Shown here: positions 37,391 through 48,076 of the stretch, piece by piece
Layout: the number at the start of each line of letters is the position of its first letter
Position numbering within the stretch: position 1 is the first letter of the stretch
From: Myxococcales bacterium
GTDB taxonomy: Bacteria > Myxococcota_A > UBA9042
Direction: 5' to 3'
Assembly (NCBI GenBank): GCA_023954815.1
Contig: JAGSHB010000007.1
Coordinates: forward strand, 3,626 to 67,625
Length of the DNA: 64,000 bases
Position numbers and translations under genes: made by a program
The notes under the pieces: generated by a model
What the model was told of the DNA's origin: nothing
Database searches by the model: none
The model's input: the letters and a program-made list of their open reading frames with translations, nothing else

Positions 37391-39247
37391 GTGACCGATT
37401 CTGCCCGCAAGCCTCGGACCCTGGTTACCCTCTTTGAAGCGACCACTACGCAACATGCCGGTCGAGGTTTGTTGCGCAGCCGCCCTGCGGATGTTTGGCA
37501 ACGTGAGACGGGCAGCGAGTGGCGCACACGCGCCTGCACGTGGGCCCGAGGGCTGATGGCACAGGGGCTGCAACCCGGTGAGCGAGTTCTGGTATTGGCG
37601 GAGACATCACCGCAATGGTGCATGGCCGAGGCCGCGATCCTCATCGCCGGTGGCGTCGTTGTGCCCGTATATAATAGCCACCTCCCCGAGGATATCGCCT
37701 GGGTTGCCGGTGACTGTGACGCGCGTTTTGTGATCGCCCACTGCCCCTTCCAGGTGGAAAAGCTGGTTCGTGTTCGGGACCGCATGCCGGCGGTGAAGCG
37801 GGTCTACTACTTCCACGCCACGGGTCGCCGCACCCTGCCCGACCGTGATGGTCGCCGGGAGCTGACCATCGACGTGGTCGTTCCGCCGTCGGATGAGTGG
37901 GTGCGGCCGATCAGCGAGCTAAAAGCCGAGAAAACCAGCGTAGAAGCCATGCGGGACCGGTCCGCGGCCATCACGCCGGAGACCCCCTGCACCTTTGTCT
38001 ACACCTCGGGAACGACGGGTCGGCCGAAGGGGGTCGTGCTGACCCACGGCGCCTTCGTGGCCGAGATCGAAGCCGCCACCGGTGCCTTGGCGATCGGTGA
38101 GCGTGATGCCCTGCTGCTGGGTCTCCCCTTGGCCCACATCCTCGCTCGCGTGGTGGCGTGGGTGGCGATTGCAGTGGGCGCGGAGCTGATCTTCCCGCGC
38201 AGCCATCGGACCCTCGCTGAAGACGTCAAAGCGACCCAGCCCACGATCATTCCGGCGGTTCCCCAACTTCTTGAAGATGTGCAAGCCGCCGTTATCAGCG
38301 AAGCGGCGAGCGCAGGGCGCATCCAACGGCGTGTTTTCAACCGTGCTGTGCGCGTGGGGCTCCAAGTGAGTCAGCTGCGTCAACAGGGTCAGGAGCCGGC
38401 GGGACTGCTGGCGGCGCGTCATGCGGTGGCCAAGAAGGTCGTGCTCGACAGTCTGCAACAGCGGCTGGGCGGGCGCGTGCGCTTTCTCATTAGCGGCGGT
38501 GCGCCCTTAGCCCGCGATCTGGCCGAGTGGTTTCATGCCTTTGGTCTGTTGGTGCTCGAGGGTTATGGCCTGACCGAGACCTGCGCGGCGGTGACGGTCA
38601 ATCGCGTCGATCGCTATAAGTTCGGTACCGTCGGCCTGCCGCTCGATGGCGTCGAAGTCGCGCTGGCCAAAGACGGCGAGGTCTTCATTCGCAGCCCCGG
38701 GCTCATGAGCGGCTATCACGGCAGGCCAGATGAGACAGCAGAAGTACTCGACAAGGACGGCTGGCTGCATACGGGCGACATCGGCGAGATCGACAGCGAC
38801 GGCTACCTGCGCATCACCGATCGAAAAAAGGACATCATCGTCACGGCAGGCGGCAAAAACATCGCGCCACAGAACATCGAGGCCCATCTCAAGGGCGATC
38901 CACTCATCGGCCAGGCCATGGTCTATGGCGACAGGCGGCGCTTTCTCACCGCGCTGCTGACCCTGGACGAACCGGAGCTCAAGCGGTGGTGCGCCGCGGA
39001 AGATGTGCCGTACACCACCTATGCCGAGGTCTGCCAGCGGCCTGAGGTCTACCGGCGAATTGAAGCCGTGGTGCAAGAGCGCAATCGGCGGCTGGCGAGC
39101 TACGAGACCATCCGTAAATTTGCGGTCCTCGATCGGCAGTTCGCGCTCCATGAAGGCGACCTGACCCCAACTGGGAAGGTCCGCCGCAAGCAGGTGACGC
39201 GGCGTTATCGCACGCTGCTGGATGCGTTTTACTCCGAGGCGTTCTAG
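37391..39247 (+). CDS. Long-chain fatty acid--CoA ligase (AMP-dependent synthetase)
   Basis: YTSGTTGRPKGV, LPLAH, EGYGLTET, WLHTGDIG, ITDRKKDII, GKNIAPQ. Confidence 0.94.
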   Translation: MTDSARKPRTLVTLFEATTTQHAGRGLLRSRPADVWQRETGSEWRTRACTWARGLMAQGLQPGERVLVLAETSPQWCMAEAAILIAGGVVVPVYNSHLPEDIAWVAGDCDARFVIAHCPFQVEKLVRVRDRMPAVKRVYYFHATGRRTLPDRDGRRELTIDVVVPPSDEWVRPISELKAEKTSVEAMRDRSAAITPETPCTFVYTSGTTGRPKGVVLTHGAFVAEIEAATGALAIGERDALLLGLPLAHILARVVAWVAIAVGAELIFPRSHRTLAEDVKATQPTIIPAVPQLLEDVQAAVISEAASAGRIQRRVFNRAVRVGLQVSQLRQQGQEPAGLLAARHAVAKKVVLDSLQQRLGGRVRFLISGGAPLARDLAEWFHAFGLLVLEGYGLTETCAAVTVNRVDRYKFGTVGLPLDGVEVALAKDGEVFIRSPGLMSGYHGRPDETAEVLDKDGWLHTGDIGEIDSDGYLRITDRKKDIIVTAGGKNIAPQNIEAHLKGDPLIGQAMVYGDRRRFLTALLTLDEPELKRWCAAEDVPYTTYAEVCQRPEVYRRIEAVVQERNRRLASYETIRKFAVLDRQFALHEGDLTPTGKVRRKQVTRRYRTLLDAFYSEAF

Positions 39248-39324
39248 CCAACACGCGTCTTTCATTGGGGCGCTAGCGACGGAGCGGCGGCTCGCGTATA
39301 CATCCGCTCCGAGGAGGTCTGTGC

Positions 39325-40059
39325 ATGCCCATCGCTCCCCCAGTTTCTGAGCCACATCCCAAGACGCTCATCTGCCTACCGACCTACAATGAGGCGGAGA
39401 ACCTGCCGTTGATGGTCACCGCTATCTTCGACGTCGTGCCGGCGGTCCACATCTTGGTGATCGACGACAACAGCCCGGACGGTACCGGCGCCATCGCCGA
39501 CGAATTGGCTTCGACAGACGAGCGCATCCATGTGCTGCATCGAACCGCAAAGGAAGGACTCGGCAGAGCCTACATAGCCGGGTTCAAGTGGGCGCTTGAG
39601 CGTGACTATGCGCTGATCTTCGAGATGGACTGCGACTTCTCTCATCAGCCGAAATACTTGCCGGAATTCATCAAAAAGACTGAATCTGCGGACGTTGTGC
39701 TCGGATCGCGCTACATCCCAGGCGGCGGCACAGAGGACTGGGGCGCGAGCCGCAAGCTCATCAGCCGCGGTGGTAATGTCTACGCCCAGGCGATCTTGGG
39801 CCTGCCGTACAAAGACCTGACAGGCGGCTTCAAGTGCTTCCGGCGCGAAGTGCTGGAGGCCTTGCCCCTCGATGACATTTTCGGCGGCGGTTACGTCTTT
39901 CAGATCGAGTTGACCTACCGCAGCGTGAAGCTCGGCTTCAAGATCGGCGAAGTCGCCATCGTCTTTCCAGATCGCACACGCGGCGAGTCGAAGATGGATA
40001 AATCGATCGTCCTGGAGGCAGTCCGCAACGTGTGGAAGTTGCGCCTGCGGGTGCACTAA
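39325..40059 (+). CDS. Polyprenol monophosphomannose synthase (Ppm1/DPM1-like GT2)
   Basis: PTYNEAENL, IDDNSPDGT, GLGRAY, MDCDFSHQP, DLTGGFKCFRR, DRTRGESKM. Confidence 0.92.
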   Translation: MPIAPPVSEPHPKTLICLPTYNEAENLPLMVTAIFDVVPAVHILVIDDNSPDGTGAIADELASTDERIHVLHRTAKEGLGRAYIAGFKWALERDYALIFEMDCDFSHQPKYLPEFIKKTESADVVLGSRYIPGGGTEDWGASRKLISRGGNVYAQAILGLPYKDLTGGFKCFRREVLEALPLDDIFGGGYVFQIELTYRSVKLGFKIGEVAIVFPDRTRGESKMDKSIVLEAVRNVWKLRLRVH

Positions 40060-40213
40060 TTGGCTCCGATTGGCCTGCAATCGTCGTCATCGCGCCGGTT
40101 GTTGTTGGCTCAGAAGAGGCGACCCCCTACACTCCGGGCCCGCGGTGCCAGCCGCTACCAAATCTGACCCCGCGCCGACCCACCCTGGCGCCCAACAGTG
40201 AGAACGCAACACC

Positions 40214-40693
40214 ATGGATATCAACGCACTGCTCGGCAAAGGCAGCGAGTTCGAGGGCAAGCTGACCTTCGAAGGCACAGTTCGCATCGACGGACGTTTC
40301 ACCGGCGAGATCTTCAGCGATGGCCATCTCGTCGTCGGCGATGGTGCCCAGGTTCAGGCTGAGATTCGCGTGGCCAACGTCACAGTCTACGGAACGATCA
40401 ACGGCAACATCCATGCGTCTGAGAGCGTCGAGCTCCACGCGCCGGCCTCCCTGCGCGGCAACATCACGTCGCCGGCGCTACACATCGACAAGGGTGTGTT
40501 CTTTGAGGGCGCCTGCCAGATGTCCTCCCGTTCAGGCGCGGGAGCGCCGGCTCCAGCGCCACAGGCTCCGCCGCCCAAGCCATCGGTTCGTGAGAGCCAG
40601 CCGCTGCCGTCCCCTGCGAGCCGCTCCAAGATCAGCGGCTTGTTCCAGGGCGACGCGCCCGGCCGTGCGCCGGATCTGAAACACAAGTTCTAG
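40214..40693 (+). CDS. Bactofilin (polymer-forming cytoskeletal protein) with Pro-rich C-terminal tail
   Basis: LGKGSEFEGKLTFEGTVRIDG.F.GEI...GNI.SP.L.I.KG..FEGAC.M. Confidence 0.93.
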   Translation: MDINALLGKGSEFEGKLTFEGTVRIDGRFTGEIFSDGHLVVGDGAQVQAEIRVANVTVYGTINGNIHASESVELHAPASLRGNITSPALHIDKGVFFEGACQMSSRSGAGAPAPAPQAPPPKPSVRESQPLPSPASRSKISGLFQGDAPGRAPDLKHKF

Positions 40694-40836
40694 TAATCCG
40701 TCCCTACGAGCGTAGATAGCTGTACCGCAACGACGACTCAGGCACGTCCTCCCCTGCAATCGGCACGGGCGGACGAGGCGGCTGACTGCTCGGTCGCCGC
40801 GTGGCCAGAAAGTCGATCGGTCACCGCGAGGAATTG

Positions 40837-41781
40837 ATGACCCAGCACTTTCTCTGCATGGCTGATCTCAGCCCCGCCAAAGCGGCCGACCTGCTCTCCT
40901 TAGCCCATCAGATCAAGCGCGATCCCAATGCCTACCGGCAGGTCCTCGCCGGTCAGACGCTGGGCATGATCTTTCAGAAGCGGTCAACGCGGACACGTGT
41001 CAGCTTCGAGGTGGGCATGTACCAGCTCGGCGGCCACGCGCTGTTCCTGTCGTCGCAGGACATCCAGATCGGTCGCGGTGAGACCATCGCCGATACAGCG
41101 CAGGTGCTCAGTCGCTATGTCGACGGCATCATGGCGCGGGTCTTTGGTCACGACGTGCTCGAACAGCTCGCCGCGCACGGCTCGATTCCAGTGATCAACG
41201 GCCTCAGTGACCTCCTGCACCCCTGCCAGACGCTGGCCGACGCCCTGACCCTGGCTGAGAAGTGGTCACCAGCGGGTAGCTTCGACCCCGGCGTGCTCAA
41301 GGGCCGCAAGCTGGTGTACGTCGGCGACGGCAACAACATGGCGCACAGCCTGCTCTACACCGGCGCAGTATTCGGTATGGACGTGACGATCGTGGCGCCG
41401 CGCGGCTATTGGCCCGACCTCGGCGTCATGGATAGCGCGCGGAAAGTCGCGGCCGAGACGGGTGCCACCTTGGAAGTCACCGCCGATACGATCGGCGGCG
41501 TTCGCGGTGCAGACTGTATCTACACGGACGTCTGGGCATCCATGGGCCAAGAGGAAGAGGCGGCCAAGCGCCTCGCTGATTTCGCGGGCTTCCAGGTCGA
41601 CGCGCAGATGATGGCGCGGGCCAATGACGATGCGGTGTTCATGCACTGTCTCCCGGCCCACCGCGGCGAGGAAGTCAGTGCCGAGGTCTGTGACGGGCCG
41701 CAGTCCATCATCTTCGACGAAGCTGAAAATCGGCTCCACGCGCAGAAGGCGGTTCTCGTTGATCTGATGAAGCGAGACTAG
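40837..41781 (+). CDS. argF: Ornithine carbamoyltransferase
   Basis: FQKRSTRTR, HPCQ, GDGNNM, YTDVWASMG, MHCLPAHRG, AENRLH. Confidence 0.96.
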   Translation: MTQHFLCMADLSPAKAADLLSLAHQIKRDPNAYRQVLAGQTLGMIFQKRSTRTRVSFEVGMYQLGGHALFLSSQDIQIGRGETIADTAQVLSRYVDGIMARVFGHDVLEQLAAHGSIPVINGLSDLLHPCQTLADALTLAEKWSPAGSFDPGVLKGRKLVYVGDGNNMAHSLLYTGAVFGMDVTIVAPRGYWPDLGVMDSARKVAAETGATLEVTADTIGGVRGADCIYTDVWASMGQEEEAAKRLADFAGFQVDAQMMARANDDAVFMHCLPAHRGEEVSAEVCDGPQSIIFDEAENRLHAQKAVLVDLMKRD

Positions 41782-41784
41782 GGT

Positions 41785-42948
41785 TTGTACAGCACACCAT
41801 CCGGCCCGGACACCAGCTCTCCATTAGAGCCAAAGCGAAGCTACAACCCCGTATTTCCTAGATTATTGCTCGGCCTCGGCTTGGTGATGACAATCGGTTC
41901 GGGCGCCTGCAACCGCCCGGTTTCCGAGCCCGCCGCCCACAAGACTGCGGTGGGTCCAGCCGCTGATCAGGCCGCGACTGCTCCGAAGGCGCCTGGACAA
42001 AGCGCTGCCAAGGTCAACCTTGGGACGGTCGACGACACCCCGATTCCCCTCGCGTGGATGCAGGCTCGCCTCCGTCAGTCCGAACCCGATCTCTCCAAGG
42101 ATGAAGCGGTCGCCATCGCCTTGCTCGCTGCCGCCGCGGACATCATTTGTCTGCGGGAGTTCAAAGTGCTGGGGCTCGAGGCCAATCCGGGTGAGTCTCC
42201 ACAGGGCGCCGTCGATCGCCTGCTGGCAGGCACGTGGCCGGCGACACCTGCGTGCCGTGTCGACCCCGCCGATTTAAAGTTGGCGTACCTGGGGCAACCG
42301 GGGAAGTGGCGCCACCCGACGTCATTGACCCTCTGGGAGGTTCAGCTCGCCTGTTGCGACGATTGCGACACGCGACAGACCTGCGAGGCGGGGCTCGCTG
42401 ACGCTGCAAAATTACTACATTCCAGGCTCAAGAAGGCCCTCCCGCCGCCGCTAGCGGTAACCCAAGCGGCGCTGGCTGACAGCCCGGCCGTGGCCGCGCA
42501 CGTACCTGCTTTTGAGCGGACGGTGGCCAGCGCCTCGGGGCCGATCAAGCCCAAAATGATGCGCTACACGGCGTTCGCCCGGGAGCTGGCGTTCCGCAAG
42601 TTGGCGTTCCGGCGGGCCGATCCACGGGTCGAGCAAGCCACGTTGCCGCTGCCCATCGGCGGGCTGACCGAACCGATTCCTACAGGTACCGGCTGGACGA
42701 TCGCAATGGTGGTCGGTCACGAACCGCCGCTGGCGGGCGGGCTGTCTTCGCCCAAGACACGGCGAGCTTTGCGCGCGCACGTCTGCGCTGAGCAAGCCGT
42801 GGGTCAGCGCGCAGCCTATCGCGAACGCATGCTATCCAAGTCGATTTTGAAGTGGGACAAAGCTGAGATCGCGCGTCTGTTTGGCGACGGGGTAGTCGCC
42901 CTGCTGCCCACGCCACGGCGGCGGCCGAGGCCAGTGGTTCCGCACTAA
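41785..42948 (+). CDS. Exported protein with SurA/PpiC-like (peptidylprolyl isomerase) remnants
   Basis: Hydrophobic segment plus GAC, LP.GGLTEPI.TGTGW. Start uncertain. Confidence 0.45.
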   Translation: MYSTPSGPDTSSPLEPKRSYNPVFPRLLLGLGLVMTIGSGACNRPVSEPAAHKTAVGPAADQAATAPKAPGQSAAKVNLGTVDDTPIPLAWMQARLRQSEPDLSKDEAVAIALLAAAADIICLREFKVLGLEANPGESPQGAVDRLLAGTWPATPACRVDPADLKLAYLGQPGKWRHPTSLTLWEVQLACCDDCDTRQTCEAGLADAAKLLHSRLKKALPPPLAVTQAALADSPAVAAHVPAFERTVASASGPIKPKMMRYTAFARELAFRKLAFRRADPRVEQATLPLPIGGLTEPIPTGTGWTIAMVVGHEPPLAGGLSSPKTRRALRAHVCAEQAVGQRAAYRERMLSKSILKWDKAEIARLFGDGVVALLPTPRRRPRPVVPH

Positions 42949-42973
42949 ATGGACGGGCCGCTCGCATGACGAC

Positions 42974-44152
42974 CTAGATAAAACGGCGGGCGGAATACGG
43001 GCCCGCGCTCTCCCCATGCAGCATCACATCGGCGAGGACCTTCGCAACGCGAAACGCCTGCCCGATGCCGTGACCGGTGAACCCACCCATAAAATAGACC
43101 TGTGGATGCTGCGGCAAACTGCCGACCATCGGCTGCCCATCTGCCGAAAACCCCATGATTCCGGCCCATCTGTAGTCTACGCGGGCTTTTTCAAGCGAGG
43201 CGAAGTGGCGCCGCAGGAAGGCTTCAAGGGCCGCGTGGATCTCCGGGTTCGGCGTATCAGCGACGCCCACTTCCGCCTCTTTGGCGAGCTGCCGAAAGCC
43301 TCCGATGAGCACCCGGCCATCGGGTAGCTGGCGAAAGTAGTCCAGTACGTGATTGCAGTAGCACGGCGCCGCCATCATCGGCGCCACCGGCTCGGTCACC
43401 AAGATCTGACCGCGGGTCGGGTAGATCTTGTCGGCAAACCACGGATGCAGCTGCGCAGACAGGCCGTTGGTCGCCATCACCACAAAACTCGCCCGAAAGA
43501 CGGCCCGCTGGGTGTGCACCCGCACGACGTCGCCCGTGGGCTCCAGCCGATGCACCTCGTGGTGGCTGTAAACAGACGCCCCGCTGAGCTGCGCGATGCC
43601 TCGAACCAGCTTGACCGGATGACACTCGCCGTCATCGTGAAAAAGCGCGCCGCCAAAGAAACCGCGCGCGCCCAATTTGTCTGCGATGTGGGCCTGATCG
43701 ACCAATGACACAGCAATCCCCCGCTGCTGCATCATCTCGGCTGATTCTTCGAGCTCCCGCATCTCGTGTTCACTACCCGCGAGCGAGTAGGTTCCCTGCT
43801 GCCGAAAATCGCAGTCCACGCCGCCGTCAGCAACGATGTAGTCGCGAATCATGGCGAGGTTTTCTTGGCTGTGCTGCCACAAGGTGTGAGCCAGATCTTC
43901 ACCCAAACGGCCGACTTGGCGGGTGTAGTGCTCCACCGATCCGCAGGTGATGAAGCCCGCGTTTCTGCCTGACGCACCCGCCGCAATATCGCCCTTGTCG
44001 ACGATCGCGATGGACAGGCCACTGTCTTTGAGCCACCAGGCCAAGCTCGTGCCAGAGATGCCCGCACCGATGATCAAGACATCCACTTCGACGTCCGCAC
44101 CCGCTGGTTTGTGGGCGGTGTGGGTCTCATCGAGCCAAACGGAGATACTCAT
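42974..44152 (-). CDS. FAD-dependent oxidoreductase (DAO/PuuB-like)
   Basis: IIGAGISG, GASGRNAG, CHPVKL, WAGIMG, GFTGHG. Confidence 0.9.
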   Translation of the reverse strand: MSISVWLDETHTAHKPAGADVEVDVLIIGAGISGTSLAWWLKDSGLSIAIVDKGDIAAGASGRNAGFITCGSVEHYTRQVGRLGEDLAHTLWQHSQENLAMIRDYIVADGGVDCDFRQQGTYSLAGSEHEMRELEESAEMMQQRGIAVSLVDQAHIADKLGARGFFGGALFHDDGECHPVKLVRGIAQLSGASVYSHHEVHRLEPTGDVVRVHTQRAVFRASFVVMATNGLSAQLHPWFADKIYPTRGQILVTEPVAPMMAAPCYCNHVLDYFRQLPDGRVLIGGFRQLAKEAEVGVADTPNPEIHAALEAFLRRHFASLEKARVDYRWAGIMGFSADGQPMVGSLPQHPQVYFMGGFTGHGIGQAFRVAKVLADVMLHGESAGPYSARRFI

Positions 44153-44751
44153 GACTCAGCCTCCTGACTGCCGGTCGAGCCGGTCAGCGCAAGGAACATC
44201 TCGATCGCCGTACAATGACACGGGCGCCCGTCGCGGACGCAGTCGTAGTCCACGTCGACCCAATAGTCGGCAAACTCGCGGACGGGCTCAAACCCAAGGC
44301 GAGACAGGTAGCGAAAAGAGGAGTTGTTTGGGGATTCCTTCCAGCAGTGGGTCACAACGCCGCGCGCACCGAGGCGCTGTAGATTGCCCAACGCCGCAGT
44401 GGCCATCGCCCTACCCACGCCCTGCCGTTGAACGACGGGGTCAACGTAGGCCGTCTGAAAATAGCCGCATGCATCGAGCTCGATTGGCCACAGCTCCGGC
44501 GACAACCCGCGGCCGCGACCGTGCTGCCAGCGCCCCGGGGGCAAACTAAATCGAAAGCCGACAATCTCGCCGCTGCGAACGGCGACGTGGGAGCAGACGA
44601 CGCTGCCAACAGTGGATCTGCTGAGCATGTCGCTGACGGCGTCGGCATCGTAGTAGCCAGCACCCACGAGGCGGTCAGCCAACGTCACCACAGCGGCGAC
44701 ATCACTGCCGCGCATCGCTCGAACAGTCACCGCCAGCTCAAGTGCACTCAT
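44149..44751 (-). CDS. GNAT family N-acetyltransferase
   Basis: YVDPVVQRQGVGRA acetyl-CoA motif; SFRYLSRLGF. Confidence 0.85.
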   Translation of the reverse strand: MSALELAVTVRAMRGSDVAAVVTLADRLVGAGYYDADAVSDMLSRSTVGSVVCSHVAVRSGEIVGFRFSLPPGRWQHGRGRGLSPELWPIELDACGYFQTAYVDPVVQRQGVGRAMATAALGNLQRLGARGVVTHCWKESPNNSSFRYLSRLGFEPVREFADYWVDVDYDCVRDGRPCHCTAIEMFLALTGSTGSQEAES

Positions 44752-44802
44752 GGGGTGCTCCAGGGTGATTTCTGCAGCCAGTATTCAAAGCGATTTGAGC
44801 GC

Positions 44803-47025
44803 TTAGGCCCTGACACGCTCGACTTTATGAACGAATTGCAGCTTCTTCAGGCCGCGGATCACCGACGCCAGTTGATCGGCGTTCTTGACCTCGACTTCGA
44901 ACTCATTGACCGCCCGGCGGCTGTTCACCGCACGGCAGTTGGCCTGCAGGATGTTGACGCCAGATTCGCGGAAGCGCTGGGTCATCTCCGCCAACATGCC
45001 GGGACTATTGCCGGTGTGCACGCGAACGGTCACCGGAGCGACCTCGTCCTCGGCGCCGTCACTCCAGCCCACATCGATGCGGCGCAGCGGATCGGCGTCC
45101 CGGGCCCGTGGGCACCTGTACTGGTGGACGGTGATACCGCGACCACGGGTCACAAAGCCGATGATGTCGTCCCCTGGCACGGGTGTGCAGCAACGACCGA
45201 GACGCACGACCACGTCGTTGATGCCTGCCACGACCACAGTCGCAGGCCCCGAGCCACGCATCTTCTTGGCACGCCGCGGTGAGGGCGGCGGCGGGGGCTG
45301 GGGTTCGCCTTCTTCTTCGGTCGGCAGGAGCCAGCGCACGACTTCGTCCGCCGCAATTTTGCCGTACCCGACCTGAATCTGGAGCTCTTCGAAGGTCTGC
45401 GTGCGAAAACGAGACAGCATCTTGGCGAAGTTCTCGTGCTTTTCAGCCCGCGTCAGCGAGTAGCCACCCCGGCGGAACGCCTTTTCGAGCAGATCACGAC
45501 CGATATCCAGGGCGCGCGAACGCTGCTCTTGCCGGATGTAGTTTCTGATCTTGGTCTTGGCCCGGGCCGTCTTCACGAAATCGAGCCAGCCGCGACTCGG
45601 GCGTGAATCGGCGCGGGTCATGATCTCGACGACGTCGCCGTTGCGCAGCTCGGTGTTCAGCGTGGTGATGCGGCCATTGACCTTGGCACCCAGGGCCGTC
45701 TCGCCGACGCGCGTGTGAACCGCGTAGGCAAAATCGACCGGTGTCGCACCGCGGGGAAAGACCTTGAGCTCACCCGCAGGCGTGAAGGTGTAGACCTCGT
45801 CGTTGAAGAGATCGACCTTCATGTTGTCGAGGAATTCGTCGTTGTCGGAGACGCCCGCGTTCCACTCCAGCAGCTGCTTGAGCCAGGTAAAACGCTCCTC
45901 GTCTTTGGGCGAGATCGCCTTGCCCGCTTCTTTGTAGCGCCAGTGAGCCGCGACCCCATTTTCGGCGATGCGGTGCATCTCTTTGGTCCGGATCTGAATC
46001 TCGATCTGCTGGCCAGCGGGCCCCATGACCGTCGTGTGAAGGCTTTGGTAGTTATTGGCCTTCGAAAGCGCGATGTAGTCCTTAAAACGCCCCGGAATCG
46101 GCGTGAACTTACTGTGCACCACGCCGAGCGCTCGGTAGCACTGCTCGACGCTGTCGGTCAGCACGCGAAACCCCTGCGCGTCGTAGATCTGAGCGTAGGG
46201 CAGGTTCTGCCGCTTCATCTTCCGATAGATGCCGTACAGGTGCTTCGGCCGGCCACTGAGCGCCACATCATCGAGCCCCGCCGCCGACAGGGAGGTGCGA
46301 ATCAGCGCCACCACCCGTTTGACGTAGGCTTCGCGCTCGGTGCGCCGCTGCCCCACATCCGCCTTGAGAGACGTATAATCGTCCGGGTAAAGGTAGCGGA
46401 AACAGAGATCTTCGAGCTGGGACTTCATCCAGCCCATGCCGAGGCGGTTCGCCAAGGGCGCGTAGATCTCCAGTGTCTCCAGCGCGATGCGCTGCTGCTT
46501 GTCGGGCCGCATGGCTTCGAGCGTCGACATGTTGTGCAGCCGATCGCACAGCTTGATCAGCAAAACACGGATGTCTTTGCTCATCGCGATCAACATTTTA
46601 CGAAAATTCTCAGCTTGCTTGTGTTCGGTGCGGGAGAACGGGATTTTGTCGAGCTTGGTCACGCCTTCGACGATGTGCGCGATGTCCTCGGAAAACAGCG
46701 CCGTGATGTCCGCCGTTGTGACCGGCGTATCTTCCACCACATCGTGCAGCAGCCCGGCGCAAATGCTGGCCTCGTCGAGGCGCATACGCATGATCAACTG
46801 GGCCACAGCGACCGGATGCATGTAGTACGGCGCGCCGGATTTGCGACGCTGCCCGTGGTGGTGCGCAGCCCCGTACAACCAAGCCTTCTTGAGCAGTTCT
46901 CCTTCGGCAGACGGTAAATAGGTGCGCATCTGAGCGACGAGCTCGTCGGCCGTCGGCACGTTCCATTGAGCCAGTTCGGCCAGGGCTTCTTCGAGATTGG
47001 GGAGCGGCGTGCTGGGGGGCGTCAT
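44803..47025 (-). CDS. relA: Bifunctional (p)ppGpp synthetase/hydrolase (long RSH)
   Basis: RKSGAPY..HP, intact HDVVED, DRLHNM, GRPKH, YQSLHT, EIQIRT, TGS and ACT domains. Start approximate. Confidence 0.96.
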   Translation of the reverse strand: MTPPSTPLPNLEEALAELAQWNVPTADELVAQMRTYLPSAEGELLKKAWLYGAAHHHGQRRKSGAPYYMHPVAVAQLIMRMRLDEASICAGLLHDVVEDTPVTTADITALFSEDIAHIVEGVTKLDKIPFSRTEHKQAENFRKMLIAMSKDIRVLLIKLCDRLHNMSTLEAMRPDKQQRIALETLEIYAPLANRLGMGWMKSQLEDLCFRYLYPDDYTSLKADVGQRRTEREAYVKRVVALIRTSLSAAGLDDVALSGRPKHLYGIYRKMKRQNLPYAQIYDAQGFRVLTDSVEQCYRALGVVHSKFTPIPGRFKDYIALSKANNYQSLHTTVMGPAGQQIEIQIRTKEMHRIAENGVAAHWRYKEAGKAISPKDEERFTWLKQLLEWNAGVSDNDEFLDNMKVDLFNDEVYTFTPAGELKVFPRGATPVDFAYAVHTRVGETALGAKVNGRITTLNTELRNGDVVEIMTRADSRPSRGWLDFVKTARAKTKIRNYIRQEQRSRALDIGRDLLEKAFRRGGYSLTRAEKHENFAKMLSRFRTQTFEELQIQVGYGKIAADEVVRWLLPTEEEGEPQPPPPPSPRRAKKMRGSGPATVVVAGINDVVVRLGRCCTPVPGDDIIGFVTRGRGITVHQYRCPRARDADPLRRIDVGWSDGAEDEVAPVTVRVHTGNSPGMLAEMTQRFRESGVNILQANCRAVNSRRAVNEFEVEVKNADQLASVIRGLKKLQFVHKVERVRA

Positions 47026-47389
47026 GCGATAGGCTGGCTCCACGCGGTGAAAACGCGCTGGGGTACTGTACGCAGCGTCCACCATTTGCACACCATCTAA
47101 GAACAAAATTTGCGCTCTCGGGAACACTTTTGTTACCGCGTGGGGTTAGGTCAGGAGGTCGGCACGCGCGTGACCGGCTTGCATCCCATCAGGGGCGCTG
47201 TCACGATTCGCCGCGCAATCAGGCGCCCAGGGCACGACAGCCAGGGTCCTCAGATAGCAAGCAGATCACTGTCGAAACGGACGATACACCGACGGCGCGC
47301 CCACCCTGGGTGTTTGATCTGAAACCTACCTCGCCCCTGACGACTCGCTCGGGGCCACGAGGAACCCGCCCCTCCACAGAGGACAAACG

Positions 47390-48034
47390 ATGGTCGAGCA
47401 GCTAGCCCATATTCTCAATCAGCTCGGAGCCGAGTGGGTGCTTTGGACCCTGATCGTGCTGAGTGTGATCTCGGTCGCCATTGTGATCGAGCGCATCTTG
47501 TTCATGCAGCGCAACCGCGTGCCGGTGGCGGAGCTGCAGCCGCGCCTGCTGAGTGCCTTGGGCGAGGGCAAGGACGCCGCCGAGAAGGTGTTGGCGCCCC
47601 ACTCCGGCATGGAAGCGCAGGTGGCGCTCGCCGGTGTGCGCGAGATGGATCGCGGCCCTGCTGCGGTTGAGGAGTTGATGGCGGCGAGCATGGCTGTCGA
47701 GCGGCTCAGATACGACAAATTCCTTGGTTTTCTGGGGTCTTTGGGTGCAAACGCGCCATTCATTGGCCTGCTCGGCACGGTGATCGGCATCATGGGCGCG
47801 TTCGCTGATCTGCAGACGACCATGGGCGGAGAGGGCGGCGACGCCAACCGGACCCAAGCGATCATGGGCAGCATCTCGGAGGCGCTCGTTGCGACCGCTG
47901 TGGGTCTGTTCGTCGCCATTCCGGCGGTCTGGGCCTACAACCAGTTCAAAGGTCGCATCAAGCATGTTCAGGGCAACGCCACGGCGCTCGGTGCGGTCGT
48001 GCTCGCCCACGTGAAGACGGAAGATCAAGACTGA
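47390..48034 (+). CDS. MotA/TolQ/ExbB proton channel protein
   Basis: LGSLGANAPFIGLLGTVIGIM, ISEALVATAVGLFVAIPA. Confidence 0.95.
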   Translation: MVEQLAHILNQLGAEWVLWTLIVLSVISVAIVIERILFMQRNRVPVAELQPRLLSALGEGKDAAEKVLAPHSGMEAQVALAGVREMDRGPAAVEELMAASMAVERLRYDKFLGFLGSLGANAPFIGLLGTVIGIMGAFADLQTTMGGEGGDANRTQAIMGSISEALVATAVGLFVAIPAVWAYNQFKGRIKHVQGNATALGAVVLAHVKTEDQD

Positions 48035-48076
48035 CCGCCTCATCCAGGAACTGACCCCACTTTCTCGGAGCACACC

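Noticed and set aside
47130-47389. Riboswitch in the leader of the exbB operon
   Set aside because: Short inverted repeats exist (CAGATCA/TGATCTG), but I found no cobalamin, TPP, SAM, FMN or c-di-GMP consensus.
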